A stretch of DNA of 63,758 bases, filler included, from Conidiobolus incongruus B7586 (lineage: Eukaryota), in the NCBI GenBank assembly GCA_000697335.1. It is 7 parts of 7 records of this genome, joined end to end, with 100 filler letters (N's around TTAATTAATTAA, not from the genome) between each part and the next. Parts side by side here need not be neighbours in the genome. Positions count along the whole stretch, not along the records: positions 20,222 to 51,085 come from JNEM01006974.1; positions 51,186 to 58,921 come from JNEM01006984.1; 5 more parts are not named here. The stretch is one strand, 5' to 3'. Of the stretch, positions 41,957 to 54,169 are shown piece after piece. A program made the position numbers and the translations under genes. Position 1 is the stretch's first letter, and each line of letters starts with the position of its first letter. The notes under the pieces are model-generated. The model searched no databases. It saw only the letters and a program-made list of their open reading frames with translations, and was not told the DNA's origin.

Positions 41957-44499
41957 TTTTGAATATGTAACTTATTTATTATAAACTTTTAAAATATTTA
42001 ATAGTTTATATTTAATATATAATATATAATATATAATTTTGTAATAATGGCAATAAATGAATTACCGAAGAATGCATGCACTATTTATACTTGAAACTAA
42101 GTATAGACCAATAAAAGGGATCATGTCATAACCTTGATTTGGAAGTGGATGGCACTAAAGTTAAAATCATTTTTTATTCAGAATTTCGGAAAAGATGTCA
42201 CAACTAGCGGATTTTTTGGGAAAAAATAAGTTTGATGATGTTACTGATTGCGCAATAAGTTTTTTGTTTATAGCCACTTTTTTAAATAGTTGAGTTTATT
42301 TTTCATATGTAATTGATAAAAAATTATAGTAAAATAGAATTTTAAAATTTTCATTATCAAAAATTAATTAATTTTTCAGATTACTAAAATTTTTGATTAA
42401 AATTATTTGAATTAATGTCTGAGATTTTCAAAATGAATGATCTATTAACTAAAAAAATATAAAATTTTCACTCTAAATATTTTATATAGTGAAATTTTAT
42501 AATAAAATGAACAATCTCAAAGCTGAAAATATTTGATAAAAACTCATAGATAATGTTTATATTTCACGTGGAATGAACCATATAAAAAATAGTTTTTCAA
42601 TAATTCCAAATTAAGGAATAATCAATTTGACAAGGTATATCCGAGATCGAATATATTTTTTTGGTGATAATTTTAACAAGCCTTTCAAATGATGTTAAAA
42701 TATTTCCCAATATTTCAAAATAATTGGAAATAATATGTGGAAATTTTTAATTTAACAAATGATGTAATTTCAATTGTAATATGTTCCAACTATTGAGTCT
42801 AAACTTTTTATTTTTTTTTTCGGTTTTTATCGGATTATGATTTTTGAATTTAAAGACATATGATAATTAGTCAATTTTTTTCATAAATTACAATGTGTAT
42901 TTATTTATGATAGTCATAAGGTATTTTAATATATCTACATATCACATTAAATAACATGTCAAACATATCAATGATCCATCTAATAATTTTATGAATGACA
43001 TATTAATGAGTAGTTTGATATATCAGATTCTATATATCAATATCATATATTCATTTTGATATTTTAATATTACAAACACTATAAAGGTGACTAATCAAGA
43101 GAGAAAATTACTCAAAATATGTATTTATTGATCCATAGAGTTAATTATTTAAATCTATTTTCAAGAATAATGTGAGTATTTAAATTAAAATGAAATACAA
43201 GAAAACTAATTTCCATACTAATTCTTGAATTCAAGAAGTGTTTCAATGGGATAGTTGTTAACTATGATTGATGATAACAATATTATATATCTGTGAATCA
43301 GCAATGAAATGAAATTTACAAACATAATACATTAAGAAATTAAAAATTATATCACATACTAATCTTGAGAGAATTAAATTTGAAAATCCTTGAAAAACCA
43401 AAATAATAAGTTAAATAATTTATTGCCATATATGCTAAAATTTACCTGAAATCATGTATTTTCAATATTTGATATAATTATTAATTTATTAGATAGTATC
43501 ACAAAACGAGCCATATATAGATATTATTTAAAATTATATTAAATTCAGGATCCAGAAATATATGTAATAACAATAGAATATATTTGAAAATTTTATTATT
43601 GTAATTTATACCTATATTTCCAAAAATAACTATTTTCTCATAATTTGTTTGTGTCCAATTTGCATTACTAAAAAATTATATTAAAAAATAATTTAAAATT
43701 TGATATTTGAAAAAAAATTCTAATAAATTATTAAATATCTTTCATATTTATGATCCATACAATTATAATATTTGAGTTGGATTTTACAATTACATATGGA
43801 AATTACTTCATCGGTAAATCATTTAATTGTAGAATATATATATATATATGTATATCCTGGTAAACTCATAAAATTGGAATTACATTTAGTAGTATATATA
43901 TTAAATAAATCGAAATCTCAATTTTTTAATTCTCACTTAACAAATATCACAAATATATACTAAATAAATTTATTATTTTATACTACATTAAATACTTATC
44001 AATTTCCTACAAAATTATATTTTAATTAACCAATGTTCAAGGATAAGTATTATAGTTTTTGAATGATTAAAAAACGACTTTAATAATTAAACATAAATAT
44101 AATAAATTTATTTATTAATTGTATTAATTATTCTGTAGTTAAAATTTAATTATCACAAATTTCATAAAAATTAATCCTTTCACAATATTCATTAAATATA
44201 AGTTAATAGAGATATAATATAATATAAGAAATTCCAAAGTTTCAATATATAAATAATTGAATAATAGATATAAGAAATAACATAAAATAATTTCATAGTA
44301 AATATTTAATACGAGTTTACAATTAAATCAATGTATTACATTTTTTATCAATATTAATTACAATTGAATTATAAGTGAAATAAAAAAAATAATTATTGAT
44401 AGTTTGAATTTAGTTAAAAACTGTGATTATATTATCACTAGGTTAGTTATTTTAATTCAAGTCAATATTCTGATACCATATAATCAATTTTTAAGCTAT

Positions 44500-46699
44500 G
44501 TATTTATTATTTCATCACCAAAAAATATCAAATCCCATTCAATTTTTGATCAGAGTTTAGGAAAAACATTTGGCTAGCATTTGAGCATTTTTAACTCCAT
44601 AACCAAAGAGATATATGAGAAGTTTTTTTGCCTTGAGATGAGATTTGAAATATTAGGTAGCCGCATATATTGGGTGAAATGGTTCTAAATCAGGAGTCAT
44701 ACCTTCAAGATGAGCAAAGAGTTTGAATCCTTGAATTGTTTTAGCATCATTTGCATATATATTCAGCTCTGTGAATATCCTTAAGATCAGAATGCTCAAG
44801 ATTGACTCCTGGATAATAAGGACCAGCGTGATGGGATATGTAGGAGTAAATTGGCCTTTTTTATCCTGTAACAGATATATTCTAAAACCATAAAATACGA
44901 CCAAAGAATCTCTAATTAAAGTTGCAGAATGTTAATCAGTATCTACGCCGTCACCAGCAGCTTCAACACCAAATAATTTAACTTCAGAGCCTTGAATAAT
45001 ATGATGAAAAATACCAAGAGTGTCAAAAATAGAATTTGTATGATCAAGCATTTTTTTGGGTTTCATGAATGATGACCCACTTAAAGTCACAAATCATGAG
45101 AGGGAAGGGGTGGGGTCCAATTACAGACCAAATTAAATGGACTGTCATATAAACATTGGTAACCAAATCCCTCATAGCCTCATTGACAGTGCCCTTGACA
45201 CTTATACTTCCAGAATGAATAGGTTAACATTAGTTCTCAATAACTTGATTTTGGATACATTCTAGACTTGACGGAGTATACTTTCAGCTCTGATGTCGAC
45301 GACACACTGTGAACCAGGATGAAAACATACAGCTAGAATTGCTATACCATGTTGACCTGTAACAGTACCGGAAACAATTTTAATCTTTCCTAATCTTTTT
45401 ATTAATCAAATTTCACTTAAAGCATTATTAATTTTGTGAGAACCAATATGGTTCAAATCTTCTATTTTTAGCTGTATTTCTCCACCTTCAATATGCCTTG
45501 TAAGTCTTTTGACTTAATGGAAGGATGAAAGTCTAGAAATAAACGAGTAGTACTGTTCGAACCCTTGGGTGAAAATGATTTCATTTTCAAGTACTGAATA
45601 GATCTTTGTAATCTCTTAAATTCACCAAATTAGGGTTAAAGAGACATATATTTCACTTAAGACCATATCGAGGGTTGGTATGAGTAGAAATGGAATAATT
45701 TTTAAAGTCATTAATCTAATTGAACCAATGTGACTCTCAAATTTGAGATTGAAAAAATTCTTGCCATTTAAGACGCTAGCAAATTTTAAACCTTTTGGAC
45801 TCTTTGCTCAATATTATCATAAAAATAGAGTTCCTTAATAGGACGTGATTCAATTACAACATTATCTGCAATTTTTCAATCTAACAGAATGATCTCTATT
45901 ATTCAAATCCTACTGCTAAGGGTAGATCCGAACCAGAAGCTCTGACATTGGCTCCCATTATATAGATAATTTTCGAGATCCGCACGAACTTCACCATTAG
46001 TTCCAGTGACTCCTAATCGAGAAACAACGTAAACGAAGCTATCTGCAATTTGAGTGTGCTCTTGATACGAATGTCTGAGGTTAAAGGAGTAATCAATGTG
46101 ATATAGTGTAATTTGTATTGACATCAGTGACTAATGAAAGATCCCACCTCTTCAAGTAGAAGATCTATAATATTAAATCCATTCACACAGCATTGTTTTC
46201 AAGTTTTAATTGGAATTTCCTCACCATATTTATAAAATATACTGTATTATCCCAATAATATAACTGATATTTTCAGTCCTTGCTTGTTTGCCTCTAAAAC
46301 ACATGACCAGCATTTTTATATATCTGATTATATTTAAGAGTTTTTCAAGTTCAAGGAAAGGAGTAAAATATTAGAATAAATTATATTTAAAAAGCTGGAT
46401 TCTTGAATAACAGGACTATCAGCAATGGGATTAGCAAACGTAACACCTAAATTATATTCAGGAAACGCTTCAATAAACAAGTAAGAATTCTTATTTACCT
46501 AATTCAATATCATCAATACTACTTTCATCAAGGGCTAATTTTATATCGACAGTTTCATCAGAATAAGAATGATCACCAGTGATAAGCCAAGAAGAGCAGC
46601 TTCAGCTGATATAAAGTTATTATGAGATATAAAATTGGCTATTGTCATTACTTACATTAATTACTTTTAAGTTGAAAAGTTTCTTTCAGACTTTGACAT
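44500..46699 (-). pseudogene. TRP5: Fused alpha-beta tryptophan synthase pseudogene
   Basis: Fragments [39 protein letters not shown] (PLP lysine), GPHPFP, GVEAAGDG and C-terminal PKL*SKIEWDL. Many stops and frameshifts. Confidence 0.88.
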
Positions 46700-47808
46700 G
46701 TTGAAAGATCTAGTAATTTAAGAACACAATTTTTAATTTAAAAATAATGGTCAAAATTTGGATTTTTATTCCGTAATTAAATGAGTACTATTATTACTTT
46801 TTTTACTATAATCATCAAATCAAATTTAAAAATTTTTATTTCGTAGATTAATATAATGAAAATATGCAAACTGTGAATAAATTGTTCGATCATAATTACT
46901 ATTATTATATAAAATAACTGAGATATTTGTGACGTGAATGTTTTTTATATTCTTAATATTTAAAAAAGGGGTATATGATATTACTTTATTTAATATGTTC
47001 GATTTGATTTGTGTAAAGTCATAGGATTATTTATTATTAAATCAAGATATATTTGATTTGATCTAATAAACAGTCATTACATTGTATTTTGAAAACGCTA
47101 AAAAATGAATGGTTTAATGAGCTATCTATTAATCACTCCCCAATATTAAAGACATAAAATGAGTTTTTTGATATAATAAAACATTGAGCATTAATCATTT
47201 ATTATACTGTAAATAAAAATTTCCTTGGTATTAGTTTGGGATAAAGGAACAAGAATTTATAAATTTAAAATTCAACATTTTAAACCTTTTTGTATTTATT
47301 TTGTAATCAGAATCAAAATAAATTATCTTTTTCATCTTGTAGTTATTAATTAATATTAGAAGATTGATGAATACTTGATTCAGAAATATAGGAGTTATAT
47401 GAGGGATATATATATTCCAGACCCAGGTTGCAAAGTTTCCATTTATTTCCATATCATTATATCAATTACAATTTCCCACTCAAAATTATAGTTCAAGTCT
47501 GCTCTGTTTATTATAAAAATTAGTAATTTTATAGATAAAATAGGTTTCATCAAATGCTATAGCTTTTTCTGCTGAGAATAAATATATAGATGAACTTGTG
47601 CCAATAGTAGGATCATATTAACTATATTTCTTGATTGATGTAATATATATTTATAATATTTGATTTGCTATATAGATATAAATAATAATATTTGAAATAA
47701 ATATAATGTTGAATTTAATAGATTAAAATAATTAAAATGATATGAATTTACATTTATTTTTGTTATTTATTATTTTAAAAATATAATTTATAATCTAATA
47801 CAAATATA

Positions 47809-48350
47809 CTAACCTATAAAAGTGAGCCATAAAATCAAAAATATATATTTATTTATTAATAACTAAAATAGTTATATATAATAAATTACCTGAAACTATA
47901 GTATATAATCAAAGTATATTATTGGATAATAAAAAAATATTAAGATATATTTAGTAAACTATTAGCAAAAGTATTATTCTTTAATATTTAACTAAGGTAA
48001 ATTATAAATTTATAAGTTTTTGAGATAAAGGGATATATTTAATAATATATAAATATATCTTTTTTTCTTTTTATTATTATTATTTTATATAATGTTTTAT
48101 AGATATATTAAATTTATTTTATTTTATTATTATGTTTAAATACCTCTTTAAAAAAATTTATTTTTGTATTAATTAATCATAAAGAAAATTAAATTAACTT
48201 TTAATATAATTAGAATTACTAGTGTTATCTAATTTATTATAAATAAAACTATTAAAAATTATAAAAAAATATATTTAAACTTAAATTTAAATTTATTAAT
48301 ATTGTAATTAAATATAATAAGAAATATATTTATAAGTTAAATAATATAAA
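47809..48350 (+). mobile_element. Truncated Tc1 copy (5' end), inverted relative to the adjacent full copy
   Basis: Starts TA-CTAACCTATAAAAGTGAG and is the reverse complement of ~49380-49924. Confidence 0.75.
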
Positions 48351-48356
48351 CATATA

Positions 48357-49924
48357 CCTTAATCTGTAAAAATGAGTTATAAAATCAAAAACACTTATAT
48401 TTTTACTAATATCTTAATTAATATTTAATAAAATAAACTTAAATTAAATAATTAAAATCTATTAGATTTATCAATTATATATATCATTAAATAATGATAT
48501 TTAGCTATTAATTAGCTAAAATATAAACTTTTAAATTTTATTTAGAGTAAGTTATAAATTTATAGGTTTTTAGTAATAAAAAAAATTAAAACTTAATATA
48601 TCTACCTTTAGCTTTTTTAATTTTTTTAAGTTTATAAGGTATAGAATCAACTAACTTTTTATACTAAAAAAGGTTAATTTTGTTTTATACTTCTTAAATA
48701 TATTTTTAAAGTTGATTTAAATTTTTTGTTAAGGGGAAAACTCTAATAGTTTTTTTTAACTAATCCTAAAGGTGTTTAATTAAATTAAAGTTAAGAAATT
48801 TAAAAAACCACTTTATAACTATTATTTTGTTATTTTTAAGCTATTTGGTGGTAGAAGCTATAATATAATAAAAGGTATTATCTTATTAAAAAATAATATT
48901 AAATTTGTTTAACCTATATTATTCAATGGTTTTTTTTAATTTATTATTTAGAATACTTTAGTATATCTCAATATTAATTCTTTTATTAACTTTATAAAGA
49001 TATTTTATATCTAAAAACAAGATATATCTTTAAATAATAATTAACCTACTATTATACTTTTGGGTAAAATTAACATAATAGTTATAAAGTAGTTTTGTAT
49101 TTTTTTTAATATATTTAGTTTTTGTATTAGATTTACTAAAATATATTTTTGTTTTATTAAACTAAATAACTTTACTTTAATTAATATTAGTTTAATATTA
49201 ATAGTAACATTTAAACTTTTACCTAACTTTATAATAAGATTTCTTTAGTTAAAAGTGTTTTTTCTTAAAGTATAAGTGGTATCTATGTTATTATAAAGTA
49301 TATATAATAGTATCAATGTTAACTAATATTCTTATATAGTTTTATAATTCCTGCTATATTTCTATAATAATATTATATTTACCTATACTAATTAACCTAC
49401 AAATATACTTCTTATTATATTTATTTATAATTCTAGCACACTTAAGTTTAAGTTTAAATGTTTTTTTATTGCTATTCTTAATAACTTTAACTATAGTAGA
49501 TTAACTAACACTAGTAATTCTAACAATATCATAAGTTGATTTATTTTTTTTATAAAGTTGATTGATATATAAATAGATTTTTTTAGAGAGGGATTTAGAT
49601 ATAATAATACTAATAAAAAAATTTAATATATTTGTAAAATATTATATAAAATAATAACAAAGAGAGAAAAAGATATAGTTATATATTGTTAAATATATCC
49701 CTTTATCTCAAAAACCCACAAATTTATAACTCACCTTAGTTAAATATTAAAGGTTAATATTTTTGCTAATAGTTTACTAAATATATCTAAATATATTTAT
49801 TTATTATTAAATAATATACCTTAATTATATATTATAGTTTTAAGTAATCTAATATATATAATTATTTTAGTTATTAATTAAAATATATATATTTTTGATT
49901 TTATAACTCACTTTTACAGGTTAG
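48357..49924 (-). mobile_element. Full-length Tc1 (DD34E) transposon, ~1.57 kb, IR/DR-type ends, dead
   Basis: TA-flanked ends ccttaatctgtaaaaatgagttataaaatc and gattttataactcacttttacaggttag. Homologous to 51186-52480, whose ghost ORF carries the Tc1 motifs. Confidence 0.85.
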
Positions 49925-49929
49925 TATAT

Positions 49930-51085
49930 AATATTATAATAAAAATATAATAAAAATTATAAAGCTATATTAGAATATTAATTAACATTAATATTATTAT
50001 ATATATTTTATATTAATATAGATACCACTTATATTTTCAAAAAATAAATCTTTAATTAAAGAAATCTTATTATAAAATTAAATTAAAATATAAATATTAT
50101 TACTAATATTATATTAAAACTAAATAAAGTTATTTAATACAATATAATAAAAATATATTTTTGTAAATTTAATAAAAAAATTAAATATTTAAAATAGATA
50201 AAAAATTACTTTATAACTATTATATTATTTTTTTTAAAAATATAATAATATGTTAATTATTATTAAATAATATATATTATATATATGATGAAGAATAATC
50301 TTGTCCATCACTCAAGAAACTCTGACTATTGCACTAATGCAAGAAGTCACATTGGAAGTACTTCATTTTATGAACTAGTCTAACTTAGTGCTTTCCATCT
50401 GAAGTTATTCATAGCCACCCAAACTCAACAATTGAACCTATTATAAGATCATCACAAGCCAATCAATAAACCAATCTTTCTATCTTCATTTTCAAAAGTA
50501 TCCAGTCTCTAAGTTTTTCTCGTAACACTCACAAAACGTATTGAGTTGTGACGAGCGTGAGATATTTACTTTATTCGAAGACCTTGATTTGCAGTAAGCT
50601 ATTTTCACCCAATTTGGTGAACCCTCTTAATTTCCCTTAACCTTGTGGTAATCTATCATTTACCACTGGCGATTCCCCGTTTAAGCTCTAAAAGACTACC
50701 TCCTCCCACGTTTACGGTCGTCATATATATATATAATATTTTTATTAAATTAATAAAAGAATTAATATTAAGATATATTAAAATATTTTAAATAATAAAT
50801 TAAAAAAATATTGAATAATATAAATTAAACAAATCTAATATTATTTTTTAATAAAATAATTCCTTGTATTATATTATTACTTTTATTACCAAATAATTTA
50901 AAAATAATAAAATAATAATTATAAAGTAGTTTTTTTAATTTTTTAATCTTAATTTAATTAAATATTTTTAAGATTAGTTAAAAAAAGTTGTTTAAACACT
51001 TCTCTTAAAAAAATATAGATCAATTTTAAATATATATTTAAAATACATAAAATAAGTTTAATTTATTTTAATATAAGAAATTAAT
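49930..51085 (+). mobile_element. Very degenerate Tc1 copy interrupted by a solo LTR
   Basis: Segments 50021-50280 and 50735-51085 are colinear with 51555-52180. Confidence 0.7.
50286..50723 (+). mobile_element. Solo LTR (438 bp) inserted in a TA run within Tc1
   Basis: Inverted termini TGATGA...TCGTCA, TATA on both flanks, internal CTATTATAAG then AATAAA, and a sharp GC contrast with the flanks. Confidence 0.75.
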
Positions 51086-51185
51086 NNNNNNNNNNNNNNN
51101 NNNNNNNNNNNNNNNNNNNNNNNNNNNNNTTAATTAATTAANNNNNNNNNNNNNNNNNNNNNNNNNNNNNNNNNNNNNNNNNNNN

Positions 51186-52480
51186 ATTTTATATTATATT
51201 TTATAGATATATTAAATTTTTTTATTAGTATTATTATATTTAAATCCCTCTCTAAAAAAATCTACTTGTATATTAATTAACTTTATAAAAAAAGTAAATC
51301 AACTAATGATATTATTAGAATTATTAATGTTAGCTAGTTTACTATAGTTAAGGTTATTAAGAATAACAATAAAAAAACATTTAAACTTAAACTTAAGTGT
51401 GTTAAAATTATAAATAAATATGATAATAAGTATATTTGTAGGTTAGTTAATATAAGTAAATATAGTATTACTGTAAAAATACAACAGGAACTATAAAACT
51501 ATACAAGAATATTAGTTAACACTAATACTATTATATATACTTTGTATTAACATAGATACTACTTACACTTTAAGAAAAAACACCCCTAACTAAAAAAATC
51601 TTATTGTAAAGTTAGGTAAGAGTTTAAATGTCACCACTAATGTTAAATTAAAACTAATTAGAGTAAGGTTATTTAATTTAATGAAAAAAAATATACCTTA
51701 ATAAATTTAATAAAAAAGTTAAATGTTTTAAAAAAAATATAAAACTATTTTATAACTATTATGTTAATTTTACCTAAAAGTATAATAGTAGGTTAATTAT
51801 TATTTAAAGATGTATATTGTTTTTAAGTGTAGGGTATTTTTATAAAGTTAATAAAAAAATTAATACTGAGATATATTAAAGTATTCTAAATAATAAATTA
51901 AAAAAAACCATTGAATAATATAAGTTAAATAAATCTAATATTATTTTCTAATAAGATAATACCTTTTGTTATATTATAACTTTTACTACCAAATAACTTA
52001 AAAATAACAAGATAATAGTTATAAAGTAACCTTTTTAATTTTTTAACTTTAATCTAATTAAAAACCTTTAGGATTAATTAAAAAAAGTTATTAAAGTTTT
52101 TTCCCTAGCTAAAAATTTAAATCATCTTTAAAAATATATTCAAGAAGTATAAAATAAAATTAACCTTTCTTAGTATAAAAAGTTAGTTGATTCTATATCT
52201 TATAAACTTAAAGAAGTTAGAAAAGTTAAAGATAAATATACTAGGTTTTAATTTTTTTTATCACTAAAAACCTATGAATTTATAACTCACCTTAGGTAAA
52301 ATTTAAAGGTTTATATTTTAGTTAATTAATAACTAAATATTATTATTTAAAGATATATATAATTAATAAATATAATGAACTTTAATTATTTAATTTAGAT
52401 TTATTTTATTAAATATTAATTAAGTTATTAATAAAAATATAAGTGTTTTTGATTTTATAACTTACTTTTACAAGTTAGTA
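51186..52480 (+). mobile_element. Tc1 (DD34E) copy, 5' end in gap
   Basis: Ghost translation at 51862-52071 includes IIF**DNTFCY...K*PF*FFNFNLIKNL*, matching FQQDNAPCH...KWPSQSPDLNPIENLW. The 3' TIR ends caagttag-TA. Confidence 0.88.
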
Positions 52481-53799
52481 TATTACTATAAAATTAAAAA
52501 AATGGGAAATTTTTTAATTTCTGATTTTTTAAACATATTATTAATTTCAAATAAAAAAAATATATACAAAACAAATAAAAAATAAATAGTTTTAAATTAT
52601 ATATATATATATATATATAATAACTTTTTTAATTAAAAAAATAATTTTTTAAAATTAGTTGTTTAATTTAATTATGTTTAAACTAAATAATAACTATCAA
52701 AAGTATTTTATTTTAGTATTAATAAAACATAACTATAAACCCTTTAAAAACATTTAAAATTTACAAGTAACTTTTAATAATAAAGTAATATTTAAATCAA
52801 CAATTTATTGCTAGGTAAATTACTTTAAAGCTAAAAAAAAACTACCTAAAACTTGTTAAAATCTAAAAGATTAATTTTAACTATTACTCTTTTAATTGTT
52901 AATAAGGTAAAAAAATATATTGAAAAGCACTTTTTTATTTCAGTTAGAGAATTATTAAGAGACTTTAATATTAGTTACATAAGTATTTTATATATATTAA
53001 AATTTAAATTAAAATTATTTAATAAAAATATAAAATAGGTACCTTATAATTTAACTAAAGCTTAAAAAAAACTAGAGTAACTATTGTTAAATAAAAATTA
53101 CTAAGGTATAGCTAGAAACTAAAGCTTTTATAGTAAATTATTACAATTAATGAATCTTGGATTTTTTTGTATAATCCTTTACTAAAACATAAATTAAAGT
53201 GTTAGATTAAGTTAAATCAACTCCCTTCACAAATTCCTTTAAATAAACATTTTATTGATAAGTGAATGTTAATTGTTATAATAAATTATAATAGTATATG
53301 CTATTTTTATTTAGTTCTTAAAAGAAAATTAATTAATAATAAACTTTATATTTTTTTTAAATAAATCTATTTCTAATTAGTATTCTCAATATAATTTAAA
53401 AAAACCTATTATTTTACATGATAATTAAAGAATACATAAATTTAAAGTTGTAAAAAACTTTTTAATTAAAAATAACTAGAAAAAACTAACACATCTAGTA
53501 TATTCTTTAGATTATAACTTATGTGATTATAATTGTTTTAAGCAATTAAAAAACTAGCTTGTAGGAAAGAAAATTTCTACAAGAAAATTTAATTGGTTTG
53601 TGAAACATCAAATTTTAGTCTTTAATAAAAAGAATTGTTTTTTAGGTGTTAGATCTTTACTAAAAGTATAGCAAAAAGTTATTAGAAATAAAAGAAATTA
53701 TTAATTTTATAATATATATTTATTTTTACTTTTTATATATTAAAATGTTTATTTTTTTCAATTGCAAAAAATTCCCATTATTTAAATTACAAAGTAATA
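52481..53799 (+). mobile_element. Full-length mariner DD34D copy (~1.3 kb), dead
   Basis: TIRs TA-ttactataaaattaaaaaaatgggaa and ttcccattatttaaattacaaagtaa-TA. Ghost motifs ITINESW, ILHDN and YSLDYNLCDY. Confidence 0.88.
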
Positions 53800-54169
53800 T
53801 TATAAAATTATCTAATATGATTTTTATATAGTTTTCTTTGTATTTCAAGTTATATTAAATACAAATAATTTAATTATATTGCATAATAATTTATATATTT
53901 TATTATTATTTAATTATAAAATAACAGTTGTTTAAATGTTTTGTTCCTTAACTAAGTGATAATAATTCATTATTTAGATCATTAATTTACTGTTTTTAAA
54001 ATATATAAATTATAGATCTTAAAATTAAGATACAAATCTATTATAAATGTTTTTCCAAATACTATATAATTGAAATTCAATATATTGATTTTTTTTTCAT
54101 TTGTAAATGAGTATTCACTATAAAATGAGATTTGCTGGATTTATTCTAATATTTAAATGATAAAATTCA

